Below are positions 19,848-37,232 of a stretch of 64,000 nt of DNA, one piece after another; the stretch's first letter is position 1; every line of letters begins with the position of its first letter. The notes under the pieces were generated by a model. That model saw nothing but the letters and a program-made list of their open reading frames with translations. It ran no database searches and was not told the origin of the DNA. The stretch comes from the human T2T-CHM13v2.0 reference genome, Homo sapiens: assembly GCF_009914755.1 (NCBI RefSeq), contig NC_060933.1; one strand, 5' to 3'. Position numbers and translations under genes: made by a program.

Positions 19848-20451
19848 TGACAGCCCTCTTTGAAGTGGAATGGGCTGTGAATCCGTCGAGGTGCCCCTCT
19901 AAAAAGCTGTGGTCTGAACCCTCTCCCCATCTTTGAAAATGAAAAATTTAAGCAATTTTTCAAAATATTTTCACTTGTGTTTTGTAATCCTTTCTTTACA
20001 ACTGTCCTATAAGGTAGGCATGTGTGGATTTATGTACTATTGGGAAGCCTTAGGGCTTTCTCCACTTCTGCTAGGAATAATGTATTTTCTTGAAAACAGT
20101 TTCAGTGAAAGACTGGACTTTTCCTGTGGTCCTTTCAAGGTAGCCACAGTCTTCTTGTGGCCCAGTTTGCAGCACTGAACCCTGGGCGTAGCTCTGCCAT
20201 GAAAGGCGATTGAGAAACCATCAGATCCTATAATTGGTGAGTGGTGGAGCCAGCATTTGGTTGGAGAACTTTTGATTCCAGTGCAGCATGGTGCTATTCT
20301 GATACTCGGTTACTCTTTCAGATTGAAATTCTTCATTCCATTTTACTGTTTGCTGGGTGAGTGCAGCAGTGACACAGTTTTCAAAAGTTTACTAATAATC
20401 TATTTTTTCTCTAAAAAAATCTTTTTTGTAATATTTGATGGACATGCCATC

Positions 20452-20718
20452 TTTTTCTTTTTGAGACATCTCACTCTGTTGCCTAGGCTGGAGTGCAGTG
20501 GCACAATCATGACTCACTGCAACCTCAACTCCCTCCTCAGCCGCCTCCTGAGTAGCTGGGACCTGTGGCATGTGTCACCATACCCGGCTATTTTTTAAAA
20601 TTTTTGGTAGAGATGAGGTCTCTCTCTTTATTGCCCAGGATCGTCTCAAACTCCTGGGCTCAAGTGTTCATCCTGCCTCAGCCTCCTAAAGTGCTGGTAT
20701 TACAGGCATAAACCATCA
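20452..20718 (-). mobile_element. Alu (AluJ-type, partly deleted)
   Basis: Diverged antisense Alu. Confidence 0.85.
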
Positions 20719-21240
20719 TTTTTACGTACTTTTAAAAAAGCTTTTTCTCTGTTTTTCAGTACATTTTATAGTTTCATAACGTTGGATTGAGTCTTCTCTT
20801 TTCCTAGTTTTAATCCTTTGGACTATCTTCATTTACAAATATCTTTTGTTTTAAGTTTTTCTAATTTACACTATTTTATTTTTAGTGACATAATCAAATT
20901 AAATATGTGTATTTTGACAATAAATGTGACCATTCTCTAGCCACCCCTTCACACACCCCGGGTTCTGAAGTGCATCTCTGATGTGGTCACAGTAATTTTT
21001 TGTTTTACTGACTTAAACATTTGCACTACAGTGTTTAGGGAACCGCCTATCATAAGGCTTCCTTTAATATGTTGTCCCACACAGCACTGTTTTACATGAT
21101 GTAAATGTGTTATACAAACAAGCTTCCGTGGTCAAATGATTTTTGGGAAATGCAGAGTTAAACGAAGTTACACAGGTTTCCTTATGAGTGCTTTTGGGGG
21201 TGCCTGTCAGCACTGTGACTGTCTTAAGAGCTAGAGTTAA

Positions 21241-21578
<338 letters not shown>

Positions 21579-21804
21579 TAGGACCCATATTTCTAATGTT
21601 GCATTGGAAATATTTTGGGAAAAATTGAGCTACTATGATTTTCACATTATTTCTTTCTGTAGGTGGAAATGGCTCATTATTTCTCAAGGTTCCTAACATG
21701 GCATGTTGCTGTGTTGTTCCCTTCAGTTTTGCAGAGACTGAGTGCAGTTACTGTGGAGAGAGTCCAGGATGGCCTAGTTGAGACATTGAAGATTTAGGAA
21801 TGCA

Positions 21805-22105
21805 TTGATTGATTGACTGATTGAGACAGGGTCTTGCTCTGTCATGCAGGCAGGAGTGCAGTGGCGCAATCACTGGCTCACTCTAGCCTTGACCTTCTGG
21901 GCTCAATTGATCCTCCCATCTCAGCCTTCCATGTAGCAGGGATTACAGGCGTGAGGCACCACACCTGGCTAATTTTAAAATTTTTTGTAGAGACGGGGTC
22001 TCACTGTGTTGCCCAGGGTGATCTTGAACTCCTGGCCTCAAGTGATTCTCCTTCCTTGGCCTCTGAAAGTATTGGGATTACAGGCATGAGCCACTGTGCC
22101 TGGCC
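21805..22105 (-). mobile_element. Alu (AluJ-type) with (GATT)n tail
   Basis: Antisense dimer. Confidence 0.9.
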
Positions 22106-23989
22106 TACGAGTGCTTTTAAACTGCTGTCTGATTCCTGATAGGAGGAAGATACTATCACTGATTGAAAGGGAATATCCCTAATAAAGTTCTCAGTTACAC
22201 CTGTGTGCAAAAATCGTGGTCCAATTGTGAGTTGTTTCAGAAAACAGATGCAGGATACGTAAAGGAATGGGGCAGGACAGGCTCCAACTGGGTAATTGGC
22301 ATGAAAGGAGAAAGGGGCCGGGGCACGTAGACTCCCAGGCTTAGGACTCCAGTTAGTCCATTGGAAGTCAGGTGAGTTATGAATATTGCTCATGTGCCTG
22401 CTGAACATGTGTGGGAGAGTTTTGTTCGAGGGAGACAGAATCCAGGAGGAGACTTTTGTCTGTGAACTTGGGCTGGTGTGCAGCCTTTCTGCTGAAACCT
22501 GATGGAATTAAGTTTTAAACAGTTCGGCAGATTCTAACTTGTCATTGTGGGGCTTGTGTGTAGCTGGGGTTTGGAGACTGCTTTTACACTAAATCATTCC
22601 TGTCACCTGCTCTCAAGTGAAGCAGTCTGCAGTGTAAGCCTTGCTGGTATTTGTGTAGAGTGGCACTGCCTCTGGTGGGAAGAATGCAGCAGCTTCACGT
22701 GTTTGCTGCTCCTGAACCTCAGATCTTTGTTGACAATGATGCTGAGAGAAGAGGATGATATGTTGTGTTTTGAAAGGATCAGGACTAGAAGCATAAACCT
22801 TTGAAAGGGAAGGTCCAGGAGTCAGATAGATTTAGGTTAATCATTACCATCTACTTCTAGCTAGGAGTGTTAATTTTTTCATTTGTTCATTTGGGAATAA
22901 CATTACCTATTTTATAGGATTGTTTAGAATAAATGTAAGATACAAGTGTGTATAGTGTAATGAGGTAGTATATTGTATAACACTTCACTTTAATGATAAC
23001 TAGGTGCATTTTTGGTCTAAGTATATGAGACAGACCTGGTACTGTTCAGAAGAGCCTTTGTGGAGCCTGTTTTTGGAGTCAGATAGCTAGTTTAATAGTA
23101 GAGAACAAAAATTGGAGAAAGAATTTTGAAACAATAAGATTTATCTCTGTTGGTTATTCTTAATATTTGCACAACTGCTTAATTGAAATTATATGACTTT
23201 TTATTTTAGCAAAATAAATTACTTTTTAGCAACCTTGCCTTGCTGAGAAGAAACTGCTGCAAATATGTTATTTGCCCATTAACGGGGAGAAATTCAGTAG
23301 TGAATTTAAACACATTTTATTAAATAATCACTTCTCACATGCTTGACTTGTTTTTTGGGAGGCTTTCCAGTAAGATTTGCTAGAGAATAGTGGTGATATT
23401 TATTATATCAGTTCTAATAATTAAATTTTATTTTATTAAAGTTTATTTTCATTAGCTTATTTAGTGCTCCGAGCAACTCTAGGAGGGTACAAGAACCCTT
23501 GTGTTTCCATGAAGAAAGACTTGACGCTCAGAAAAGCTCCGTGATTTTCCCCTCAGTGACCTGCAGAGCTGGGGTTATAATCTAGGTCTTTTTGTCCAGC
23601 ACTATTTGATCTCTACCCTCTTCCCCTCATACCATGGGTCTAGGATGTCAAGGGATTCAACCTTGGTTATTTTTAAAAGATAGTGTCAGTCAGAAATAAA
23701 ACTTAGATGTCTCCATATGTAGGAATTTTAGAGAAATAGTTTGTGTCTAAATTTGCAAGCTCATTCAGTTTAAAAATGGTTCCTATAATATGGTGCTCAT
23801 TTATTACTTCAGATTCATTGCTTCACTAATGACTTTTAAATAGGACTCTATTATTAGAGTGATTGGACTGAAGTCTGATTGGACTAGAGTTAAGAGATTG
23901 CATCACTATAAATAGAATGAGATAAAATATTTTACATAATGTGATTGAACTTCTATGAGGTCTGAAAAGTTGGAACCTAGGATCTTCTC

Positions 23990-24280
23990 TTTTTTTGTTT
24001 TTTTTTTGAGACGGAGTCTTGCTCTGTCGCCCAGGCTGGAGTGCAGTGGCACGATCTCGGCTCACTGCAAACACCTCCCGGGGCCGTTCTCCTGCCTCAG
24101 CCTCCCGAGTGGCTGGGACTACAGACGCCCGCCACCAGGCCTGGCTAATTTTTTGTATTTTTAGTAGAGACAGGGTTTCACCGTGTTAGCCAGGATGGTC
24201 TCGATCTCCTGACCTCATGATCCACCTGCCTCGGCCTCCCAAAGTGCTGGGATTACAGGCGTGAGTCTCCGCGCCCGGCC
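23990..24280 (-). mobile_element. Alu (AluY-like)
   Basis: TSD ggatcttctct; CpG-rich. Confidence 0.94.
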
Positions 24281-24650
24281 GGATCTTCTCTAAACGGATA
24301 CTTTGACCAGTTTCCAAATAACAAGCTTCTCAGCGTGTGGCCTAAGTTGTAGATAGAGTGGCTACTTAAGAGAATTTGGGAATTAAATTATGTCCTTTGG
24401 CATGTTCAGTTATGTTACCTGAGTCAGAGTTTCATTAGCTGCTTCATCAATAGTTTTTTAACCCCAAAGCTTTAGACAGTAAGATTAACACACTGATTAG
24501 AAAATCATTTAAAGACCAAAATGAAAACAGAACAACTCTAAAAGCTTTTAGTGTGTTCAGGAAATGTTAGAAGTGGTTGTATGTGAAGCCATTGGTATAG
24601 TTATTGGAGAGGACAATTTTGGTAGACATAGATGAATTTAATACCCTCAA

Positions 24651-24784
24651 TTTTTTATTTTTAAAATAGACATGGGGTCTTGCCATGTTTCCCAGGCTGG
24701 TCTTGAGCTCCTGGGCTCAAGTGATCTGCTTTCCTCAGCCTCCCAAAGTGCTGGGATTACAGGCGTGAGCCACTGCACCTGGCC
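24651..24784 (-). mobile_element. FLAM / Alu left monomer
   Basis: Single Alu arm. Confidence 0.85.
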
Positions 24785-24975
24785 AATGCGCTTCTCTAAT
24801 AGTGCATTAGCACGAAAAGGTTGGAATGGCTTTAAAGGCATTTCAGTTTCCCCATGATTACACAGGAACATGCCTAGTCTCTGATATTTAGAATTTGATA
24901 AAAATATATGGTAAAAATGCATAGTTTGTAAAAATTTCTAAGCAGTTGTGAACTGTAGTGAATTCATGAGTGATT

Positions 24976-25273
24976 GGCCGGGTGTGGTGGCTCACGCTTG
25001 TAATCTCAGCACTTTGGGAGGCCGAGGTGGGCAGGTCACTTGAGGCCAGGAGTTCGAGACCAGCCTAGGCAACATGGCGAAACTCCTGTCTCTACTCAAA
25101 ATACGAAACATTAGCTGGGTGCGGTGGCCTACGCCTGTAGGTCCAGCTGTGTGGAAGGCTGAGGCATAAGAATTGCTCGAACCTGGGAGGTAGAGGTTGC
25201 GGTGAGCTGAGATTGCACCACTGCACTCCAGCCTGGGCGACAGAGTGAGACTGTCTCAGGGGAAAAAAAAAAA
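24976..25273 (+). mobile_element. Alu
   Basis: Dimer with A tail. Confidence 0.92.
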
Positions 25274-26097
25274 ATGATTGTTAAGTTCTAATCAAACCAG
25301 AATCTTTTCCTATCACCTTAACTGTTATAGTAGTGACTCTAACCTTCCCTCGCTCTGCCATCACCATCCATATTGTTATACTGTTATAAAACTACATTAT
25401 TCCAGCAGTTTTACCAAAGTTGGGATAAGTATTTTTAATAGGCATTATGTGTTTAAATTTTTCCATTAACATAAGAGGTAAATATTTATTTGAAGCATCA
25501 GTAGAAGCACAGTGATCAGTGGATACTGCCAAGAGTTTTTCCAATAATTAGAGTGGAACTTTAAGGAAACAATGTATTACATGCTAAGATTGAATGGATA
25601 GGGATGGGAGAGAGATAGCAGAAGATATATTTTGCTATTGGTTTCTTGATGTGATATGTGATGGTGAATATTACCTCTAAACTAATGTGCAAAAAAATCC
25701 CAAGAAAACCCAAATCTCAAAACCCCAAAAACAAAAAGGTGTGCCAAGGAGGGAGAGCACATGCCGGATCATCTACTTTGAATCAGTAATTTTTTGCTGA
25801 CAGCCAAGTTGGGAGTGGGTCTGTAACTTTCATTTCTATTTGGCATCAGGAAGCTATTTGGTATAAATTTCTACCAGATAGTTGTATGGAACCACATTAT
25901 GCTGGTAGTAATCTTTGACCAATAATAATGGACATATGTATGTGGCTCTTGAATAAGAGTTGTTTTATTTTTCAGTTTTCAGTTAGTTAGAATATACAAT
26001 GTAATAATTTTGGTGGATAGTGGTTTGATTAGTAAATGCTATCTTTCATGGTTTAGTAAGATTTGATTTCTCTCTCTTTTTTTCTCTCTCATTCCAG

Positions 26098-26291
26098 GGT
26101 GTGGATGAATGGAACATAGCTCGCCTCAATACAGTCTTGGATGTGGTTGAAGAAGAGTGTGGCATTTCTATTGAGGGTGTAAATACCCCATATCTCTATT
26201 TTGGCATGTGGAAGACCACGTTTGCATGGCACACCGAAGACATGGACCTCTATAGCATTAATTATCTCCACTTTGGAGAGCCCAAGTCTTG
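26098..26291 (+). CDS. KDM4C: Lysine demethylase 4C, internal coding exon (probably exon 5; about residues 146-210, JmjC domain)
   Basis: Translates [64 protein letters not shown](W), the KDM4 JmjC core with HTED. The [22 protein letters not shown] segment is recognised as KDM4C. Preceded by a polypyrimidine tract and AG (26096-26097), followed by GCAAGT. Confidence 0.97.
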
Positions 26292-26491
26292 GCAAGTTAC
26301 TTGTTTAATATTCATTTACTTTGGAGTTTTGAAATTTGGGCATCAGGCACATATTGAAGAGGATTTTGTTCTTTGATTTGGTGGATTCAGATTTATGTGA
26401 GCTGTAAGGAAGTTTTTGACTGTAATAGTTAATTGTCTTCTATTCTGTCTGGGATTGTGCTTGGAAACCATAAATCCCATGGTAACTCGTA

Positions 26492-26833
26492 CAGTCATGC
26501 ACTGTATAACAATGTTTAGATCAATGATGGACCACAGATACAACGGTCATCCTGAGTTTATAATGCAATTGAAAAATTCTTTTTCCATGTTTAGATATGT
26601 TTAGCTAAATGAATACTTTGTAGCTAAATACTTTGTGTTAAAATTGCCTACAATATTTAGTTCAGTACAGGTTTGTAGCCTAGAAGCAATAAGCTATGCC
26701 ATATAGCCTAGGTCTGTAGTAGATCCACTATCTAGATTTGTGTAAGTCCACTCCATGATGTTCACACAATGGCGAAATTGCCTAACAACATATTTCTCAG
26801 AAACTATCACTGTTATTAAGTGATGCATGACTG
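26492..26833. mobile_element. Tigger3a/MER7-like Tc1-mariner MITE
   Basis: TIRs cagtcatgca...tgcatgactg flanked by TA on both sides; 342 bp. Confidence 0.8.
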
Positions 26834-27003
26834 TATATGTAAAGTTGCCTGTAGTCCATTTTGTGAACCATGAATTGATAAATATTTTAGGCTTCAAGAA
26901 TTTATTGGGCATCTTTACTTTGAGCATTTGTTGGATGGTATGTAGGAGGTAGTTAGGAGTGAAGAGTTGACTTCCTGGGTGTAGTTTCAAACCATCTTCA
27001 TGA

Positions 27004-27658
<655 letters not shown>

Positions 27659-27745
27659 TAATAGGTGGTCTAGGACTCATACAGGCTCCAGTGACAAGAG
27701 AATGTGATCGGATTATTCATTACTCAGATGTTTATTTGTTATTAC

Positions 27746-27868
27746 TTTTTGTAGAGATGGAGTCTTAGTGTGTTGTCCAGGCCGGTGCTGACCTCCTGGG
27801 CTCAAGTGATCCTGCTGCCTCAACCTCCCAAAGTGCTGGGATTACAGGTGTGAGCCACTGCACCCAGC
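27746..27868 (-). mobile_element. FLAM / Alu monomer
   Basis: Single arm. Confidence 0.8.
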
Positions 27869-29735
27869 ACTCAGGTGTTATTTGTGGGCCTGGTTTGAGC
27901 ACATGCTTAAGGACAGGGATCTCTGTTGTGTTTGTACAGCATTACTGTAAAGTTTGTTGGAATGTCATCTTTTAGTTTTTTCAGAACTTAGCTTGGAGAG
28001 ACTAGGAGAAATATTTTCAACAATGGTTAGGCTCCTGGACAGTTTCTCAGCTGCTTTGTTATCTTGATGCTCTTTCTGACATTCACTTAAAGTGTGGATA
28101 AAATTGAATGAAATGGGTGAATTCAACATGTTAATAAAATCTAGTATGTAGGCAACTACATACTATGTCTTGCTTAAGAAATCTGAAAAGTTAGTAGCAA
28201 AACTTTTCTGGGGATTTGTTAAGGAATTAATAAATGAGGATTCCTGGGACGTTAATTTGAGTTTTCAGTATTAGGAAAGTTTAAATGAAGTGTCTGCTTT
28301 CTAATTAAGAAAGATGGCTGTCTTGTCTTCTCCTGGGAACAGGTTGATGTTGTCTCCTAATGATCACTTCAGGAAGAATATTCTGGTCAGGGCTAAGATG
28401 GATTCTGGTGTCTTGTGTCTTTGGGAAAGAGCATCACTAATCATGAGTGAGAATAATTATGCCCATTTTCAAAGTATTTCTTTCTTGCAGCTTGTATATG
28501 TGCAGTAGTTAATTACTCTATTAGTTATTAAGTATACAGCCTCCATCAGACGCATTAAGAGTAGATTTATACTGTCACTATTATCCTTAACCTTGGCCAT
28601 TGTTTATAATGATAAAATAATAAAATGTAGTAGTGAGTTGTAACACTGATTCTACATACTATTTCCTAAGATAACTACTGTAGGAAGAGAGTGTTATAAA
28701 TGCCCCTACAGATATTTTCTAGTAGATGTATGAAATATTACATTTCCTCAGCATAAATAATTTTGAGGTAAACTTTGTCATTATTAAAATTCATTTTAGC
28801 AATCCTTATAATATATTTGAGGTGAGCTTTGAAAGATGTTAGAAGCAACACAAATTCATGGAAGTATTTGGAGGCAGGCGGTTTGGCAGAGCTTAGGACA
28901 CGAGGGCCCAGTAATCAGGGCTGTAGTCTTTATTATGCACTAGTGCATGTGGCTTTGGGCAAATAACTCTGCTTGTCTGGACTCCAGTTCCTTCACTCCC
29001 CCAAGTCACAAGGTTAGCCAGAATGACCTCCAGTCATTCTGATTCTGTGACTCATGATCAGAGACACAGGAATATTTTTATTGAGTTGACAAAACGAGAG
29101 GATGAAGGGCTGCAAGGTTCTGTATGCACATGTGGGTGCGTGTGCACCAGCGTCCTCTTCTGCCTGTCCTCTCCTTGTTGAGCTGTATCTCCCCTTCAGT
29201 ATGGGATGGTTGCCTTTACTTTTCTCTAGTGGGTGGCCTCTCCTGTGCTTGACATATCTGTCACTATATTGTTTTCTCTTCTGTCTCTGACCTTATAGGT
29301 TGGCATTTCAAGTCTACTCCTTCCTCTTGAATTCTACCTCCAGGTACCAGGCTCTGGATGGGATTATTGCAAAGACTGCCTACGATTCCCTCCTTACTTA
29401 CGGGCCCATGCTGCTCTCATCTGTCCATGTTTCACTTAGGGTTTGCTTAAAGACTCTCTGGACTATGTGCTGCCCCTACTTTAGACATTGTTTTGGCATC
29501 TTACAACTGGTTGTGGCCACCCCTCCTGCCATCTCCCTCATTTTCCCACCTCCTTTCTCCCCGACCATCCTCCAGCTTGCCTGTGTGTGCCTTGAAGTTA
29601 AGGTCCATGGTTTTGTTTTTTTTGTGTGTGTTTTTTTTTCACCTTTGAATCATCAGCACTTAACACACAGGGCCTGGCTATAGGAGCGATGCCCTGTAAA
29701 GAATTGTTGTATTGAATTAGAAGAGTGTTAAATTA

Positions 29736-30112
<377 letters not shown>

Positions 30113-30369
30113 GCCTAAAAGGTAACTATTAAGAATACTAAGTTTCCTGAGTTGCTATACATAGGAGACATACATTTCTAGCTACCGTGTGTGGCAGGTT
30201 TGCGGAGTAAGTGTTCATGAACACAGGTTTGTACTGAAGAGACTTCAAAGCAGCTGATGATTTATTTGAACATTTCTGGTTGAAGGTTTAGGGGGAAAAG
30301 TATCCTTAGAGTAAGCAGATAGAAAACTGCTTTGACAGTCAGTGGTAAAGTATTATTTTCTTGGAATGA

Positions 30370-30580
30370 ATATTGACTTTGGAGCCAGAAGTCCTGTTTT
30401 AAAACCCCAATCTGTCACTTACTGGGAATGACTTAGGGCAAATCACTACACTCCTTTCATCATGAGTTTCTTTCACTGCCAAATGGAGGCATGATTTATT
30501 CTCTGTCTACTTAAGGGATATCTAGGAGGGTCCAGGTATATACTGTGTATAAATGCTTTGTAAACTGTAAAGTATTATAC
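30370..30580 (+). mobile_element. MIR-type SINE
   Basis: gactttggagccagaag...ctgtcacttact...gacttagggcaaatcact...aaatgg core. Confidence 0.55.
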
Positions 30581-30776
30581 AAATACTCATAATTACTATT
30601 ATTTTAATAACCATGAAAATAATTTTTTTTTAGTCATAGTAGTTACTTAAAGTCTGAACTTGGCCATAATGTATGTATTTATAATAGAATAGGAGTTTCA
30701 GTGATTAAAAAAAAATGTGATTCTCCCTTCCAAGCCTCTTGTGTGAGTGCTTAACTGCTAGAGGATATAGAATTCA

Positions 30777-31157
<381 letters not shown>

Positions 31158-31489
31158 TCAAATTTACTCTGTAGAGAACAAGGGAGATAAGGTGTAAGAG
31201 GATTTGTTTTAAGCTGTGAAAAGGTCTAAAATCAGGAAAGGTTTTCCTGAAGGTTTTTAGAAAATTAAGAATGGGTTGTAGCATTTTGGACATTGTTAAA
31301 TTTCATTCAGTAAACTGAGATTTTGTTAAAATACTGTGTAGCAGTTAAGAAGTATCCAATTATTCAGGATAGATACACATTAGTTCAATGCTTTCTCATT
31401 AGAACTTTTGATCAGTGTTGTGTAGTACTTACCAGCACAGGTTTTTGTGTCAGTCTTGAGTTTTGCAAAACTCTTTACTCTTTACTGAG

Positions 31490-31660
31490 CATGTGACCTT
31501 GGGCAATTATTAAATAACCTCCATGCCTCAATTTTCTCTCCTAAAATACTCAGATGGTTTTGGCACCCACCTTGTAAGGCAATTGTGTGGATTAAATAAC
31601 ATGCTATGTACAAAGTACATATCACAGCTGGAGATGTAACACAGTGCTCAATAGATGTTA
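31490..31660 (+). mobile_element. MIR SINE
   Basis: tgtgaccttgggcaattatt...gcctcaattttctc...acagtgctcaatagatgtta. Confidence 0.6.
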
Positions 31661-31772
31661 ACGTTTCATACATTCATTTAGCAAATATATGTTGTATGTA
31701 TACATGGCATGAAGTGTTTTAAACATGAACTTCATAAATTTGTATTAATAAGTGTTCTTGGTTATAAATGAC

Positions 31773-32153
<381 letters not shown>

Positions 32154-32504
32154 CTAGGAAATCAGATGCTCCCATTGGATGTCTGTCTCAGCCTTTCCCT
32201 TTATTTCTCCCTCCCTCCACTCTCTTCTATTCACCTTACCCCTATCTCTTCCTGTCCTTTCTCCTCTCCATTCCTTCTTTCTCCCTTTGGTCTAGAAGAG
32301 AGAAGCTGCTTACTTACAACTAATTACTTGATTATTGTTGAATTATATAATTCAAGTCTTACTTTTTAAAAGAATGAGCAAGTTATATGGTGCCAAATTG
32401 ATCTAAGCTTGTTTAATGTACATCTCCATTAAAATGTGAGCTCTGGGAGTTGGGGAGCCCCACTATTCATTCATTCATTCGTTCATTCATTTATTATGTG
32501 GTTT

Positions 32505-32637
32505 AAATTTTCTTTTTTATAGAGATGGGGTCTCGCTGGGTTGCCCAGGCTGGCCATGAACTCCTGGGTTCAAGTGGTCCTATTGTGTCTGCCTCCCAAA
32601 GTGCTGGGATTATAGGCGTGAGTCACCATTCCTGGCC
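32505..32637 (-). mobile_element. FLAM / Alu monomer
   Basis: Single arm. Confidence 0.8.
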
Positions 32638-33116
32638 CCACCAGTCTTTTAACTAGCATGCCTCTAGTGCCTGGCACAGCATTTGGCATGAGCCTGGCAC
32701 TTGGTAGGTACTCAGTAAACATTTGCTCAGTGAACAGTCTTACTGAAGGAACTCTTTATTTGAAGATCAAAAAAAAAAAAATCTAAGAACATTAGGGATT
32801 AGGCAGCTTGATAGTATTTAGTGATCCATTGAATTAGCAGCCCATGGTAATAACTCATACTTGTTAATTTTTCTATTTAGTAACTTTAGACCCAGTAATA
32901 TGTTCTAATTTCAAATGTTAAGACTTACTGGATGGTGTAAAGCTGCATTATTTTGCTATTTTGTCTAGAAAAAATGCACTTAGAATTAACCATGGTTCAT
33001 TTTGGTTTTAATTGCTTTTTCTAGAGAAATTTGCCCTTTACATAAGAAAATACTTTTAGAAATACTCTTAAGTTGAAGTAATAAAATTAACCGCATAGGT
33101 TATTGATTAGTTTTAG

Positions 33117-33756
<640 letters not shown>

Positions 33757-33785
33757 ATTGTATGTTTCAAAGATAGTATTGTTAC

Positions 33786-33900
33786 TTTGGGAGGCCAAGG
33801 CAGAAGGATTGCTCAAGCCCAGGGGTTCGAAACCAACCTGGTTAACATAGGGACACCCTGTATCTACCAAAAACAAAACAAACAAAAACAAACCCCAAAA
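33786..33900 (+). mobile_element. Alu monomer fragment
   Basis: Partial left arm with A-rich tail. Confidence 0.75.
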
Positions 33901-34330
33901 CAGAAAAGATAATATTGCTAATAAAATTTAAAAAGTGTTGGAAATATACCAAAAAGTATGGTATTAGCTTTGTACATAGCTGCTAGCTATATTTGTAAGA
34001 AGAAGAGAATACAGTGCTAACTGGTAGTAAAATATTTATTGATCAAGTGGATCACATACCACTCTAGCACACACCCACTTGCTTGCAGCCCCAAAACATT
34101 GATCTCTGTGGACCACTGCTCAGCACAGAATTCCCTAAAGGAACCATCCAGGATATCTAGTGTTTGTGAGTTGGAAAGTCTCACTCTTTTTTCCTGAAGT
34201 GTTGAGATTTTACTAATTAATTGATTGGTAACTGGATTGTTACCGATCAAGTTTAACGTTGGTACTTTGATGATGAAATTATGAACTGGAACTAATCCTA
34301 ATAATGTCAGTCAACGTGCAAAGCAAATAG

Positions 34331-34714
<384 letters not shown>

Positions 34715-35114
34715 CAGTAACCTGCTATATTGATGGTAGATTTAAAGGAATGAATTGAAGAAACAGAAGACTCAGGGCAAAATCTTACCCATTGTGAGAA
34801 TCCCTTTTCTACCTGCTTTTGCTTATTTTGTTATTAGCAATGTTCCAAATTTGCATATTAATGAATTACTGCTTAGTACGGGCGTGTAAATTCCCCTTAG
34901 GATGCTTGCTGAATCTTTTTTGCTACTCTTTTAGTTACACCACCACCACCACCACGACCACCACCACCTACAACATTGACATCCCTTCAAATGAAAAGAA
35001 ATTGTTAAATCCATAACTCTAGGGAAAAACCAGAATATTTACCCAACTTTCTTTATTGTGTACTTCATGGAAAGCAAGCATTAATGCTGTTCACCTCGCA
35101 AATTACTGTGTTAG

Positions 35115-35388
35115 GGCTGGGCATGGTTGGGAGGCCTAGGTGGGCGGATCATTTGAGACCAGGAGTTCAAGACCATCTTGGCCAACATAGCAAAACCCTC
35201 TGTCTACTAAATATGAAAAGTTAGCCGGGTGTGGTGACGTGCGCCTGTAATCCCAGCTACTCAAGAGGCTGTAGCATGAGAATCGCTTCACCTGGGAGGT
35301 GGAGGTTTCAGTGAGCCAACATCGTGTCACTGCACTCCAGCCTGGGTGACAGAGTGATTTTGTCTCCCCCCCCGGCAAAAAAAAAAAA
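35115..35388 (+). mobile_element. Alu with small 5' internal deletion
   Basis: TSD aaaattact(g/a)tgttag. Confidence 0.9.
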
Positions 35389-35792
35389 TTACTATGTTAG
35401 TAGTTAACAAGTTATTTTACCCAGCTTTATCATTTTTTTGGTATCTCTTTTTTTTTTTGTTTTCACACACTACTTAATGTCATTGTTTAGATTGGAGTTT
35501 GTAGAAAATGCATGCAATTTAATATTTGTTATGCAAAAATTGTTATTTGCCCATAGTATATAGGAAAGTGGCTTTTTTCATGATTGCATTTCTAAAGCTA
35601 GGATTACAAATAGATTTATAAATGTTCCGTTGTTACTGCACATGTGTTCATTTTTTATAAGCTTGCTTTTTAGTTAGTAGGGTTTGAACAAGGTTGTAAA
35701 GTGTGTTGTCTTTGGTGACTCCATTTCATTTAGTGAAGTCCTTTGATGTTTGCCAGGAACCATACTAATCACTGTTAGAAATCATCTCTGGT

Positions 35793-36479
<687 letters not shown>

Positions 36480-37094
36480 GACTCAGAATTATTTAGAGTC
36501 TTAAAGGTTTATCTAGTTATTAATAAGTCTTGCAGTTGGGATTCAGACTATTAACTGATTTTTCCTATAGCTTTAAGGAGAAAAGAAAAGAGTAAAGATG
36601 AAGGAGTAGGCAAGAAGAAAGCCTCCCTGTGTTTCTTTTTACACCATCAACTTTCTTTTAATTAGATTTTATGCAGAACTAAAAGAGAAACGTGCTCCTC
36701 ATTTTGGGGGGCCAGACTGTGGCATAAGAAAGATTTTCAGAGGGCTGTAATGTGGCTAGATTCTAATCTTGTGATAATTGACAGGTGATGGGGATGGGGG
36801 GGCGTTTGGAGGTGTAGGTAGGAGAAATGTCTGAACCAACACCGTTTGTTTGCCACCTAAGGTTCTTTCTTTAGATGTGTTACTTGGAAACATTCTTGAA
36901 GTCAGAAAGAAAACCCCACATTTGAAGGATTGAGTTATGTCTTGACGGAGGGTTTTGTTTCTCTCTAGGGAATAGTTGGTGATTTTTAATTAGACTATAC
37001 TTAGATTCTGACCCCTTTGGCAAAGTACATTGACAGAAGCTAGTCAGTCCTTGTCAGGAGTTAAGTGTACTTTATCTGTCTAACCTATCAGATA

Positions 37095-37232
37095 AATAAC
37101 TACTGGGTACTAGGCTTAATACCTGGGTGATGAAATTATCCCTACAACCAACCCCCATGACATGAGTTTACCTGTATAACAAACCTTCACATATGCCTGC
37201 AATCCTAAAATAAAAGTAAACAAACAAAAAAA
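37095..37232 (+). mobile_element. L1PA-type 3' end fragment
   Basis: gggtactaggcttaatacctgggtgatgaaa...ccccatgacatgagtttacctgtataacaaacc...taaaataaaagt plus A-rich tail. Confidence 0.8.

Noticed and set aside
26292-26376. C-terminal part of the ORF 26101-26376 as coding sequence
   Set aside because: Similarity to KDM4 ends at EPKSW; the remainder is intron read-through past the GC donor.
34938-34970. (ACC)n tract giving poly-Thr in an ORF
   Set aside because: A simple intronic microsatellite with no coding context.
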